Below, in pieces: positions 35,718 to 49,878 of a DNA stretch of 64,000 nt. Location of the stretch: assembly GCA_016748015.1 (NCBI GenBank), contig JAAOMT010000276.1:186001-250000 (forward strand), in the 5' to 3' direction. Source of the stretch: Geosiphon pyriformis uo1 (lineage: Eukaryota; Fungi; Glomeromycota). Made by a program: the position numbers and the translations under genes. The notes beneath the pieces are model-generated. The model saw only the letters and a list, made by a program, of their open reading frames with translations, searched no databases and was not told the DNA's origin. Numbering within the stretch: position 1 is the stretch's first letter; every line of letters begins with the position of its first letter.

Positions 35718-38700
35718 TTAGGTTTGTGGCATCTTCAACAAACTGTCAGCATTGGTGTTCTTGGATCTTTCCTTGTAATGGACTTTGAGTGGGAATTGTT
35801 GTAAATAAGTACTCCATCTCGCATATTTTCCTTCTAGTTGTGGATTGTTAAGTAACCAAATAAGTCCTTTGTGGTCAGTATATAGGTCAAATGGTTGACT
35901 AAAGTAATGTTTCCAAGTCTGTATGGCCCAATAAATGGTGAGACATTCCAGATCTGTTGTGTTGTAATTTTTTTCTGTTGGGCTAGTACTGCGACTAGTG
36001 TAGACAAATGGATGTTCTCTATTGTCCAGTCCTATCTGTGATAAGACTGCTCCTAGAGCATTTTTTGAGGCCTCCGTAGTGACAATAAACTGTTTAGTGA
36101 AATCTGGGTAAATTAGGATTGGGAATGTGATCAATCACTGCTTGAAATAGTCAAATGCTTTCTGTTGATCTTCCTTCCACAAGTACAGTACGTATTTGGA
36201 CAACAATTGATGGAGTGGTTTTGCGATGTTTGAGAAACCTTTGACAAATTGATGATAATATCTTGCCAATCCTAGAAATTTTCATAATTCTCTGAGGTTA
36301 ATTGGGGCTAGAAAATCCTTGACTTTTTGTACTTTATCTGGATCGGGTTTAACTCCGTCTTTGCTGATTACATGTCCTAGGAATTTTAACTCAGTTTTTC
36401 CAAAAAAGCACTTCTCGGGATTGAGTTTCAATCTGGCACTACGAAGGTGTTCAAAGACTTGTTGCAGGTAAAGCAGATGGTCTTCGAATGTTTCGGAGAA
36501 CACATTTGTGTTGTCTAAGCAGACTACTACTGATTTCCAGAGAATTTCTTTGTATACTACATCCATCAGGCATTGAAACATGACAGGAGCATTACAAAGT
36601 CCAAAAGGCATTACGTTAAACTCAAAGTTTCCATTTCGAGTGGTAAACGCTGTTTTTTTTTGTCTTTGGGGTCTATTTCAACTTGCCAGTAACCACTTGC
36701 TAAATCTAATGATAAGAACCATTTCTTTTTCCCTAGATTGTTCAGAATTTCCTGGATGAGGGGAGTGGGATAACTATCTCCTCATGTGATGCTATTTAGT
36801 TTTCGATAATCTATGCAGAATCGCACTTTTCCATTTTTCTTGGTGACCAAGACTACTGGAAAAGACCAAGAGCTTAACAATTCTTTGATTAGGCCGTTAT
36901 CAAGCATCCGTTGCACTTCTTGCTTAATTAGATTATCGCCAGATGGGGGTACATGGTAAGTTCATTGCTTAATTGGTCAAGCATCTCCTGTATCAATCTG
37001 ATGCTTTACAATGTCGGTGCGTCTGAACTCATTTTTACTGGCAAAGACATTGGCATACTGATTCAGAAGGACTTTGAGTTGCATTTGTTGCAGGGTACTT
37101 AAATTTCCTAAATTCAATTTATTGATCTCTTCTGGTGTGAACAAGTAACTTTCTTTTGGCAAATTCCATACTTGTGAGGTAATGTCACAGAATAAGAATA
37201 ATTGTGTGAAATCTGGAATGGACTGGGGTTTTTCAGGATTCTGAATATCTGCGGATATGGAACTGACGAAGGTCCCTTCGGGGATTTCAATGACATCTTC
37301 TATCGGGTTGTGGATGGGGATTTTGAAGTGTTTATGGGCTTTGGCTGGTAGGTATAAATTAGCAACATCAGCTAAGGAACAGATTTCAGGACTGGCTTTG
37401 AATAACAGGGCTTGATCTTGGATTTTTTGATTCACCTTGAGGATGTATTGTCAGTATGAAGGAATGGAGATGACGGTGTCAGTGTTGATAAATTCTATCT
37501 GATCACTGTCTTCCTCCGTGAAATTAACTGGTATGTTTCCTCTTCCACTTGATCCAAACCCATTGATTTCTCAGGCAGTGAGGCCTAACTCTTCTCAGGT
37601 TGTTACCGGGGTTAATTGGGGTATTTTGACTAGAGGTAGGAAGATAGCTTGGGCAATCTTTTCTTGTGATTCTATTTTGTAGGATTTGTCCAAATTGTTC
37701 TGTAGCATTATGATGATGTTTCCCATGTAATCAGCATCAATGATTCCTCTTTTTATGTCGATTCCTTTCTTGGCTAGACTAGATCAAGAGGCAACTTGTA
37801 TCATTGTACTAATAGGAATTTCTAATACTATCTTAAGATCTATTTTTACAAAGGAATGTGGGGCTATAATGATGGGTAATTGTCCAGGGTATCATAAGTC
37901 AAAACTGGCATTGGTGTCATGTGCTCTTTCGGGGCAGATTCCTTCCTCGTTGTCACTGTACCATTTTAGCTCTAGTTCTTTGGATAGGTCAGAATATGTG
38001 AGATACTGTTCTGTTTCAGTATCCTCAGTTGGATCTTGAAATGACATGTCCTCGGTGATCAATACCTCTTCTTCGGGCTCAGGTAATTTAGTGATTGGAA
38101 ACAGTATTCTTGGAGGCAGATTGAACATGAGATCACATTCGTCGCAGTACTGGAAGTGACAGGGGATCAAACAGTAATCGCACAGTTTGGTATTCAAATC
38201 GGCCAACCTTTGCTTCTGTTCTTCGCAAGTTGGGACCAATTCCTGATATCAGTTTTGAAATGCATCTGGGTCATCTGTGAAGAAATCATCCTCGGGGTAG
38301 TTGGGTCCATTATATTTGGGCATCCAAGGGTTGTCTTTGATTTCTTGTATTTCTTCGGACATGGCACCTTTGGCCTTGGCGCTTGCCATTCTCCAGATTT
38401 TGTGGTCATCATATAGATAACTATCCAGCTTGTTGAGGGCTCATTTCCAAGCGTCCTTGATGGGGGTTTCCTTTCATACCCAATCGTTGATTAATATGGT
38501 GTATTGACAAGCCTTGTCGCATGTTCCTCTTCTGCCAGACACATTATTCTAAAGTCCTTTATCTGGCAGGATTTTGCCACATGCGAGGCATGGCATGTTG
38601 TTCTATTTGTCTCGTCGTTTTGGTCATCCAAATCTTTCTAGTAAACAAGGTCTGCAATAATATTTGGTGGCGGTAGGCCATTCTTCGTTGTCCCCAATAT

Positions 38701-41455
38701 ATGCACTCATAGTGGATAGTTTTTTTCCACAATTAACACATATTAGTCTTGGGGGTTGGTAAAATAAGTTTTTTTGGTCCGAGGTTACGTATTCTAGTGA
38801 TGACAATTGGGGTTCTTCTTCAGCTCTGCCTTTTCCTTTTTCTTCTCAAGTTGGTGGTGTGGGTAGTTCAGTTCGATAATCATCCACCCATGAAATTTGA
38901 TAGGTCTCGATGGTTGGTGGCATTGATGTGTCTTCAAATTCAATAAGGGGTTCCTTGGTACATTGGGTTTTAAAGTGTCCGCACATAGCTGGGACTTAGG
39001 CATGCTGTTCATTGAACATGAGTTAAAGTTCTTGGGTGTTCCAGTTGAGAGTAGTGTTGGCTTTTGACAATCAATTGTTTCCTACTAGAGCTTGATATTG
39101 AGTAGCTTCCATGATGAGTACTTTAGTAGGGATTTGGATTTTATTAATCTTGAAGGGGAAGTTGTCAATTTTTTCTATTGGGGTTTTTGTGTTTCCATCT
39201 GCTGTAATGATTTGAGCAGTAGCAGCATGGTCTACTCGGTGACCTAGTTGGTCCATGAGCTGCTTCATGATTATGCTACTGGCTGATCTGCTATCCAGGA
39301 TTAATTTAATGTCTATTCCTCCGACTCTGACATTGGTGTATAGGGCCATTATTGGTTTATCCTGATTGATGGCTGCTTCACTAAAAAGGCTATGGATGTT
39401 CAAATTATCAATGTTAAAAAGAAATATGGTGGCTAGGGTGGTGTCTTCAGTAATAGTGGCTGGTGAGATATTGCTTTTTGTTTGCTTGGAAGGTTAAAAG
39501 ATTTGTTCTATATCCCCCTCTTCCACAGGTGTAGATTTATAAAAACCCAGTTGGTATTGGTCAAGATTGGGCAGGACCACGAAGGATTAGTCGAGACAGT
39601 TCACTGTTGGTTTGCACCTGATTGTTGTTGGGATTCCTCCATCCCTGATTATAGTCTATAGCTCGAGGTCTGGATAAACTGTAAGGGGAAGTTTAATAGT
39701 GAGGGATTGCTTGTGTCATTGGTGGTGGTTGATAATAATTCTGGGGTGGTGGTTGAGTATACGGGACTTGTTGTGCATATAAGGGTGGTTGATTCTGAGG
39801 TATGGAATATTGGGGTACCATGTTTTGCTGATATCTGGGTTGCTGGTATGGGTTTCCTTGATTTTGGTTCATAATCTTCTTTTTGCAGTCACGGGCAATG
39901 TGTTCAGGTTTTTGGCAGTAGTAACAGTTGTGGAGATCAGATCTTCAAGGTTGTTGCTGTTGTTGACAGTTCTGTTGCTGTGGGTATCTGCTGTTGTTGT
40001 TATTTTCTCTCCATTGGGGTGGTTGGTAAGTTCCTGTAGTTCTGGCTAAGAATCTCTCAATTTCTGAGTTAGTTTCTCACTCAATTGGGTTATCTTTGTG
40101 TTGATGTCAGAGGTTCTATTAATGGCTAAATTAACAGCTTGGGTATGGTTCGCTTCTTATTTTACAGACTCAAAATCGTGAGCAAGAGCAATGGCATCTT
40201 GTAAACTGGTCGGATGGCGGGGTCTTATGGATCTTAGAATACTACTCCGCAATCCTTTAATGAATTGATTAAAAACTTGTGCTGTGGTGTAGTAGTCTCT
40301 TTCAATAGCTAATATTTGACGCAGGATTTGATTGAATCATCCGAGATAAGTAGTTACTGCTTCGTAATCTTTTTGTTTAATTATGCTGAATTGCAATTGG
40401 ATTAACATATTGGGGTCATAGAAGTATTGCAGAAATGCAAGTTTAAACTCAGTAAAGAAGGTAGGCTTCTTTGCCAGGCTCTGGTACCACGAATTGGCAG
40501 TTCTGGTTAAAAAGAACGGCAGTGCCTGAATTGTGCAGTCATTGTTCTAATCATTAGCGGTAATTGCTTTCTCGGCATTTGTGATCCAAGAATATGCATT
40601 ATCTTCTTCACCAGAGAATTTTTCCAATTTAGTAATATCCCAGTAAGCCATGATCCAGTTAATAGGTGAGATGTTACTGGTTATGTTTAAAGGGATTGGT
40701 GTTTACGTATTCAAGTGTTCTCCAGGTGCTAATGCTGGTTGCTTTCCTTTGTCGCTTAAACCAATAGGTTGTAAGATAGCTGTTTCTTCTATTAGGGGAG
40801 ATGCTGATTCTGTTAGGTTTTGTGCTAGTGGCTGTTCCCAAGTTGATGAGTTTTCTTCTGTTTGACCAGCTGCTGGAGTAAAATTTCCAAACAGTGATCC
40901 ATATTTTCCTAGTAATTTGGTCTAACTGTGTTGATTCCAAGGGTGTAGATTTCCAGGAGTTCATGATGTTTTTGACTGGGTTTCCGGGGGTGGGTTGAAT
41001 ACAATTCTACTTTGGAGTGTCTGATGATATGATGGAATTGTTGGGGAGAGGATTCTTGGTTTCTTATTGACTGTGAACTTGGCTTGGGCAGTTACGGGGT
41101 TGTTGGATTTGTTTTCATATTCCTTAGAATCGAATTCTACTGATTGTTGTACTTGAGGGAATTGTTGTGTCACATAATATTTAATGTCTGTATTGATTAT
41201 GCGCAGAGTTTCAGCAATTGTTCGGGTAGTCGTGGCTGTTGAGTACCCTAGTAAGCTTTGATGGATTTGTTTTCCAAGTCTTCCTGTATCAGTTGCGCAG
41301 CCTAACAAGCAGTCAATTTTTGCGTTGATATAGTTACAAAAATCACTTTCTGCATAAGTGGTTTCTGCTGGTATTCCTAGATCTTTTCGAAAGTATTGAA
41401 ATAGTGCTTTTCTGTATGAAGAGTGGTCCTTTCCTATTGTTCCAATAGTTGCCAC
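35718..41455 (-). pseudogene. Element B Gag-PR-Cys-rich-dUTPase-RT-RNase H polyprotein
   Basis: Zn knuckle at ~39885-39930; LILDSRS protease; dUTPase ASFDL, GIIDADY, GFGSSG (~37545-37960); RT MPFGLCNAP, CLDN (decayed YLDD); RH TEAS..YTDHKGL..NADSL. One slippage frameshift in the A-run at ~36655. Confidence 0.9.
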
Positions 41456-41498
41456 TTTTATGTATTTTTGGGGGTGCTCTATCTCTGTGGATTTATAA

Positions 41499-41515
41499 CC
41501 TCACAGGGAGCACCA
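41499..41515 (-). promoter_or_regulatory. Primer-binding site of element B (TGGTGCTCCCTGTGAGG)
   Basis: Starts 2 nt after the 5' LTR. Its complement CCTCACAGGGAGCACCA looks like a tRNA T-stem/acceptor 3' end (elongator Met- or Ile-UAU-like). Confidence 0.8.
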
Positions 41516-41517
41516 AA

Positions 41518-42581
41518 TGTTACAGGTAAACTTGGTGAGTATGGGAAATGGTAACGTTTGGTGCTCTCAATTATAGATGATGCATCTTTCGCATAATTTT
41601 GTTGGCTTAGTCTTGATTATCAGTCTTTGAAGATCTATTCCTGGATGTGAATTTACCCGTTGAGTTCTTTGGTTATAAGGCACAGAGTTTGTCTTTCGTC
41701 GATTGCAACATTTTTCATAAATGTGAGCTTTCTTCTCCGAGCTAACAAACGCAGTCGTTAAGGTCTGGTGTTGTTTTTTCACCCTTCTGGTAAGCTAACA
41801 AGATAATGTTAATATCCAAAACTTAGGGGGAGCTTCCTTCTTTTACCAGGCTATTACGAAGTCTATTCCCAGACAGTCAATTTTACTATGTTGCCAGTCC
41901 ACAAAAATAAGACAGAAAAAGAAAGAAAAAGAGAAAAAAAAGATAAATTAGTATCATCAATCACCATGATCAAGAGCAATTGGTCCAAATTGTTAATAGA
42001 TTTGAGGCAGTTATACTAAGAGCATCTGTCCTAGAATGGAGGTACAAGACAAGAGTTAATTCATGTAAATTCTATAAAGTTTGAGAACATAAATTTGTGA
42101 TTCTGATTTTTTTTTAATAATTGGTTTATTTCAGGAGATGAAATAGGGAAGATAATAAAGAATGAAGGGGTATGGATATTTAATTCTTGTTTAGAGATTC
42201 ATATCTATCTGTCTGTCTTTTCTTACTTCTACAACTACTTGCTTTTATACATTCTTTTGGTTTTACAGGATTGCTTTCAATTGTCTCACTATTGTTAGCT
42301 ATTGCTTTGTTGTTTTTGTTATTGCTTCGTTTTTCTACATTATCACTAGTTATCCTATGTTATAACATATTATCTGATGTTATTACATGTTATTCTGTAT
42401 TATCCTGTATTATAACACATTATCCTATGTTATTGTGTGCTATTCTGTGTTATCCTGCATTATAACACATTATCCTATGTTATAATGCATTATCTAATGT
42501 TATTGCACATTATTCTGTATTATGTCATGTTTTGGTCACGTTTCTTTATAACTTTGGATTGGTTTTTCTACTCAGGTAACA
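41518..42581 (-). repeat. 5' LTR of element B
   Basis: Direct repeat of 32447-33510. Confidence 0.95.
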
Positions 42582-44737
42582 ACATCCAAACTTTCTGATT
42601 TCTTACAGTTTTTGTTACATATATTGAATTTTTTCTGATTAAAAATAATTATTTTGAAGCCAATTAATCTGCCTAACTTAATTTAACAAACTCTATTACA
42701 ATTTTTTGTTATAGCATAATTAATTATAAGTGGATTAATACCACTTAACCAAATTTAAAAAAAACTGTAATAATTATTTTCTTTAATATATTTATAAGAA
42801 TTTTCTTAATAACTATGGTCCAATCTGACCTTATTTTTTGTTTTTTGAAATTGCTGTTTATTTTGATCTTTTTTTTAGCCAATAATACAGCCTTATTCAT
42901 ATATTTTTTTGAAGTAAATGTTAATCTAATAATTTTTTCAAATTTTAAGAGAGTAGTAGTCTCTTCAAAATCATTGATTGTTAAAAAAAAATTTTTAATT
43001 GCTTAAGTTTTTGCCATAACCAATTTGCTATTTACTGCAGATAGATTAATATTAAGAGCAAAAGACTTTTTAATAGGTATTTTAACCTAAGTTTTTATAA
43101 TTTTTGGATTAATTTATTTTTTGTTAAGATAAATATTAAGAAAAAAAAAGATTCTTTATTTTTATTCATGTTATAATTGATTGAGCCAATAGAAAAACTA
43201 CAAATCAGACTAGTATTTATTCTTTTAATTTTAAAGATATTTGCTGTTAAACCAAGAAAAAAACCACTACCAACATCTAATAAGATATTATTATTCCTAC
43301 TGTCACCAGATTTACTGTTTATATCTGAATATACACTATTACCAATATTAGATTTAATTAAAAAAATATTCTTTTCATTTTTAGAATACTTAATATTACC
43401 AATAAACACCTTTTTTTTTGAGGAAAAAAACCTCCAACAGAACTATGAAGAGCTTTCTTAGACACTTTTTTTAGATATAATGCTATCTGAGACAGTTATC
43501 AAATTTATGACAAAGAAATTATTTACTTGAAAAATGTTTAAAAGAAATAACAAAAAAAATAAAAAAAACTTCTTTTTTAAAATTATGCTTTTGAAAGAAT
43601 TTAGGATGTAAAAAAAAAATGTTTTAAATTATTTAATAATTTATTTGTAGAAAAACATATTTAAAATAAATAAGTTAAAAAATTATAATATTATTATTTT
43701 TAATTAATAAATTAATTATATTATTTACAATTTAATTTTTTCTTTTCAGAATTTTTGTTATTTAAAATTAATATCAATTTTAAAAATGTGATTTTATAAA
43801 TTTTAATTAGTGTAATGCTTAATTTTAACTTTAAATTATATAGATATAATTAATTAATCATTAATAAAATAAATTTATTAAACAAATAATAAGTTGATAG
43901 ATTTTTTAATTATATTAATAAATAAAAAATTTGGTTTTCGTAAATTGAATTTTTTAATAATAAATATTAAAAATATTAAAATTCATATGAAATAAAATTA
44001 ACTAAATTTGGTTTGAATAATATGTAACATATTTTTATTTTAACATTGATTAAATACAATATAAAAAACAAAAATAATTATACTTTTGTTAAATATTAAA
44101 ATTTATTTGTAAAATTCTAATAAAATATGTTCGTTTCATAATTTCATAAGTAAAAACTTTTTGTCTACATTAAAAATTGTACATTTAATTTTAAACATAT
44201 ATTTTTAATATTTACATTACAATAATTAAACCTTTAAATTTAATCGAAGATTTGGATTATGGGTATACAAATTAGCCAACTTAACTCAGAATCCCAGCCG
44301 GCTAGGTGGTGTGGTTGTTTGCCACAAAACTATATTTCTAAGAGCTTGTCAACTAAGAGTGGAAATAGATTGTTTCCTAAACTTTTATATCTATAAAATT
44401 TCCCATACTTATGTTTTTATTATTATTCAATTATACTATGTACATAAAAAAATGTATCATATCTATTCAGTATTAGTTACTTCGATATGTATGTGGGTTT
44501 AAAAAAGTAGTAATAAAGTGCAAAGGAGAAACGCAATAAAGCACAAATAGGTTTAGGTGGGGTATAAAGAAAGGGACGGTTATCCTTCTTCCTACCAGTT
44601 TATCTATGGTGTTACCCGGAACTACACAAGCAAACCTTATATACTACTATGTTGATATGCCTCAAGATTTTTATGGGCGAGTTTTTGGTATTTTATGCTG
44701 CAAAAGATTATTTTGCTGGGGTATATTTTCATTCCTT

Positions 44738-47700
44738 TCAGTTTAAAAATCCTCTACAGGTGGGAGCGCCGCATAGACATGGTATTTTTTCTTCTTCCAA
44801 AGGGAACTGCGGTTGAGAAAATGGTCAAAAGGTAAATATCGACTATTTACATCCAACCTCTTACTATAAATTAGGATACAAAGAACTGGGTCTCTTTACC
44901 TTATAATCATACGTAATTTCTTCATCAACTTGAATGTCTCTTTTTGCATAGATTGCGATTTTTTTCTGGCCTTCGAGTGTGATAACTTTGGCAGTACAAT
45001 TGGGCTTTATATATATTTAAAAATAACGTTCCATCAAAGTATTGAAAGACAAATCATGCAAGACGAATCATGCAAGACGACGAGGTGTCAGTAAATATAC
45101 AGAGTTCGCGATTTCGTTGTATTTACAGATGACAAAATTTCCATCAGACGAATTTTCTCAAAATACACATACCGCACAAGAATGGTTGATAAATCTTGCA
45201 ATATTTCCTTTCTTTGTGGCATCGATAAAAGTATCGTCATCAATCCGAAACAAATAGCTTCCACCGACACCTTCTTGGGCATACCTTCTTTCGCGATGGT
45301 CAGCAACCGACTGCCTAATAACTTCACCAACATATTCAATTACCATATCATTGGCATCAATTTTTTCATTTGCAAAAAGACCCCATTCATGAATGCCAGA
45401 TTTGGCGAATTTGAGTTGTTTTTTGCGCCCCTTAAGTTGATTAAATACAAGGACATCTTCAGCTTCTCCACGTGATGTATCTTGATTATATTGTTGCATT
45501 CCCACGAGGAGGCGCCGATTATTCGCACGATGCGTTCGGGAAGTAATTTTTGTTGAAGTCACAGATTTTTCATTTGGTGGAAGTCTATTTCCAGGAACGT
45601 ACTGGGTTTTTTGCTCATCTGGAATTACATAGTAACCCTCTGTTCTAGCACAGCCTGTCTTATTAATCCTAATGCTTCCTTCCGCGGTATTTTCTTCCTT
45701 TTTCTGTTGCAAATATTGGGCTATATCATTTTAAGTAATTGCATATCGAAATTTTGTATCAATATTTGAGTATCTGGCAATTTTGGCAAAAGTATTTCGA
45801 AATTTACCATATTCTCGCTGAATTTTATTCTTTTTCTTTTCCTCATCACTATTTGTTTCAGCCTTTTCTAATTCGACAGCTTCTTTTAAAAAATATAGGT
45901 CTTCATCATCCATCACCTGATCTGGAGAAAGAGCAGGAATTTGCTCACTTTCTGACATATCAATCTCGGACATTTCAACCGAGCTAATCCCTCCTTCAAC
46001 ACTGCTACTCTCATCCTTTATCTCTAAAGTTTTCTTTTCATGATCAAAAGAATCTTCAATCTCGGAGGAAGAAATTTCCCTTTCATTGTCTGTGACATTC
46101 ACGGAATCATCAGGAACGAGAATATCTTCATTCTCAACATTTTCTCGTTTCACTTTGATCGTTTCAGGTTGATCAATTTGCATCATTGAATTATTTTCCC
46201 GCATAAGTGAGTTTCTTCTGCTTTGACTTGTTCGCCGAGTATCTAAAGGCCTCGTATTGTTTGGTGGAAGGTACAAATCAATATCATTTTCAATATCCAT
46301 TGCTACAGGAGAAATGACATCTTTAAATTTATTTTCATTGACATTAGAAGTTGCATGTGTAAAGGATTGATTATCTTCACTCGAACTGTCACTGCTGCTA
46401 GTGAAGTCAATGTCCTTGGCAAACTTTCCCCTTTTACTATGGACTTTCAACTTTAAAGATTGTTTTTTCTTTGATTTGACAGGAGGATATATATTTTCAA
46501 TTGATCCATTTGCGTCTGGAATGTCATTTAAGTTGGTGCGTGCCTCTTCGACGTAGATATCGTACTCACGCTGTGTTTCATGCTTGTTAAATTCTTTGAG
46601 AAAGGCGTCGGCATCCGAGTTGTCATCTTCAGTACTTAAATAGTCACGTAGCCGTTGTTGCTTGAGTTTCTTTTCTTTTTCGGCTTGTTGCTTCACTGCT
46701 CGCGCATTTAGTTTTGGAGGCAGTTTTTTCGTTTGCGGAAACATATGCTCTTTTGGCACCAACTCGTCTTCTGTATGAATTTCACCTTCCTCCTCAGAGC
46801 TTGATGGGGCTTCTTTAAGGGAATGATGATCTCTTACATTCTTAGAATCTTGTTCCCCGGATTCCGAGTCAGTAAAATCAAAAGGTCGCCTCCTTGATGG
46901 GGAAAATTTACCATTAAGTATTCCTTTTGGTGGCCTCTCCTTTTTCTGTTCAGGTTTCATTCTTTTTCTAAACTTAGGAAGTTTGCTTCGGCTAGGTGGA
47001 TGATTTTGGCTAATGTTGTTTGTGATCTGCAAATCTTGCCTTTTTTCTTTATCTACTACCTTTTCACTTCCGACAATTGTGTTCTTGGAAATCTTTTTGG
47101 ATTGATCAATATTCCCATGCTCAGTATCATATGAAGTTACTTTTTGTTCATTTAACTGTAATTTATTGCGCAAATCATTTTTTGACGCATCTGTATCAGG
47201 CTCTTGAGTAACTTTGAAAAGACCTCCCGAAATCTTTTGCTTTTCCTCACTCTTTGACTTTGCTCTTGCTAATCTGGCTTGCTTTCGTATTTGAAGTCTT
47301 GGAGTGAGGAAGTCATAAATGCATTTACCCACGACTCTATTTTTAATATCTTTAAGGAAAACATCAGCTAATTCGCCAATCAAAATACGCGTTGATTGAT
47401 GTATCAATTGGGGAACTTTTATGGATTCGTCGTGCTGCTTTTCTTTGTGGGAATCATGGGGACAATGAGATTCCTTCGAGCTTTTGCTTGAAGGATGTTG
47501 TTGAATGGAGTTATGTTCATTGTTATCTTTGGTTGAATAGGAATCCTTGAGTTTATTGCCCTCATGAAAAGTAAGGCGAATTTGAAAGCCTAGCAATGAT
47601 TTTTGATCCATGTGTTTGACACATCTTCGAGCCTCAGATTCTGAAGAAAAAAATAAACACCATTCTTTCTCGGTTTGAGAGACCTAATGAGTTTGATATG

Positions 47701-49878
47701 CATAGTAAAAATAGGTTGAAAACCAGAAAAGAAAAATTCGTTGTTTGATTTGCTTATAACATACCTTTTCAGGTTGGTACAATACAAAATGATGTTTGAC
47801 ATCTTCTATCTTAACTTTGGAAAATGGTAGGCCAGAACGAGGAATAGTAACCAATGAAGGCATCTTTACGGTGTTTACAATTTTCTGTTGTTTCTATTTG
47901 GGAAATTAATAAAAAATGTAATGTGCATTTCATAATAATCAAAAACATAGAATCAAAAATTTTGGTGAACCTGTCTCTGTTCTTCATTTCCACCATTATG
48001 ATCCCGACCTTTCGAACGGCTGTGATTTGCTGAATCTTTTTGATCTCGTGTGCTGCCACTAACACGTGTTCCAGCGCGATTAATGGTTTCTTCTGATGAA
48101 TGATGGCTATGGGTCTTCGAAGAGGAGCGTTCCTTCCTTTCACGAGGCCGATCATTTTCTCCACCACGTGATGTAATATTCGGGTCATGGTCTCGATTTG
48201 ATGATAAACGATGCCGCTCAAGGTTTTCCTGAAACTCTTTGTTTGACCTTGATCGTCCAGATGTATTGTGTGGCGATCGATATTTATCGCCCCAATGTCC
48301 ACTATCATCTTCATGAGATTGATCTATTTCTCCTTCTTCCCTCTCATCATCTTTAATCTCCTCCTTTTCTTTATGTTCAGAATGTTTTATCTCTAGTTTC
48401 TTATCTGTTAATGTCGTTGACGATCTATGTGAAGATCCTTGGCGTGACTCCTTTAAAGATCGTTCGCTCGACTTATCTTTTACGGGAATTATATGATTAT
48501 TGACTTCTTGTCTTTTGATCTTGGTGGAAATTCTTATTTTATCACTGGAATCTTTCGTCGTTGAATGATTGTTTGTCAAGCTAGTTTTAGCAAATTTTAT
48601 CTTCAATGAATCAATAGACAAAACAGGAGGTGGTTCGGTAGGGGTTAAGATTGGAGCAGCGGCAGGCGGGGCGAAAGGAGTAGGAGGAAGTGGTGGTGAT
48701 ATCGGTGGCGGTGGCGGGTTCGCGGGAGGTGTTGGTGCTTCTCCGATTTCCATGTCGTCATTAGCTAAAGGAGGCGTGGTTTCCCGGTTTTCGTTAGCTA
48801 AGTTGAGAACTGATGATTTTTGTTTATTAATCATCTCTTCGACTGCCTTTTTCAATTCTTCCCCTACGAGATAACCGAGATCATTATTTAGCAACATTTT
48901 TGTAAATAGAAGATCAAAAAAAAATTAAACTCACCGTCAGGGTCAAATTCAACCATTACATTGTTATTTCCTATTCGTCTATTATTTCCTTCTTGTACAG
49001 CTAATCGAGCTGCTTTCCGGGCATCATTTCCACCATAAGTGATCCTTGCTAACCCTAAACTACCACCTGTTGACGGATGAGTTTCTAACTTTGTATGAAG
49101 GATTTCTCCATAAGTCATGAACATTGTTGTAATTTGTCGTTCTGTCGTTACAGGGGAAAGATTGGAGAGGAGTACTGAAGTAGGTGGGGGTGGCCCTCGT
49201 GAATGTTCGTCATACTATATTTGGGAAATTATGTAAAAAAAAATTTTTACAGAAAAAACAGCAAAACAAGAGACATGGGAACATTATATCCTATTTTGTG
49301 GATGGCAGTACGGCACGAGGGCAGCGTGTATTTTAAATTGTTACACGTGCATGGAAAAAAATTAAATAAAAGTACCTCAAATTCAACAGAAGCCAAAGTT
49401 TCCAAATATTGTTGTTTTCTTCGAGGTTTTCTTTGAGTTAGAGTTAGCCTTGGGTCAGTAAGAACAATTGGAGTTTCCTTTGAAAAACAACCGAGAGAAG
49501 CAAATAATATGGTTCATGTTAAAGGGGACGTTTTATATTGAAATAAACAAACAAGAGCATAAAACTAGAAGTACAAACATGTGGACCCACTCGGCCCTGA
49601 ATACGATAAATTGGCTTATTGCGATTGCTCACAAGGTTATTGACATCGAGAGCAGGATCGTATATCACCTTGTAGTCTTCACCAGGTTGCGGTATTGGGT
49701 TTGTGTGTCGAAGGGTTGGTGGCGGAAGGCTAGTAATGGGGGTGTTTGTAGAATTGGTTACGTTTAAGGTAGGACCAATATCCGGTACCGGAAAATAATC
49801 GGGTGCCTGTGAGGAAGTTGTTGAGGGCGATTCAGTAAGAGGATTGCTGGTTGATTGATCTCCGTTTATCGCAGACAT
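44738..49878 (-). CDS. SET1: Histone H3K4 methyltransferase Set1 (COMPASS), multi-exon
   Basis: RRM1 ([15 protein letters not shown]), RRM2, n-SET ([10 protein letters not shown]; RANNRR; [25 protein letters not shown]), SET ([26 protein letters not shown]), post-SET ([15 protein letters not shown]). GT-AG introns. Confidence 0.96.

Larger units (their letters stand above)
32447..42581 (-). mobile_element. Full-length Ty3/Gypsy-type LTR retrotransposon B (dUTPase-bearing, extra 3' ORF)
   Basis: 1064-bp LTRs at 32447-33510 and 41518-42581 with TGTTAC/GTAACA ends. 4-bp TSD ATAT/ACAT; removing one copy restores collinearity with LINE copy 1. PBS 41499-41515, PPT ~33514-33526. Confidence 0.95.
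25700..43610 (-). mobile_element. Full-length LINE copy 2, heavily AT-eroded; hosts the solo LTR and Gypsy element B within ORF1
   Basis: Collinear remnants of APE (IILGLYAG, RNFN), RT, RNase H (VYIDNS..IKLQTIA) and ORF1. Net length ~6.75 kb after removing inserts, matching copy 1. Ends are approximate. Confidence 0.82.
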
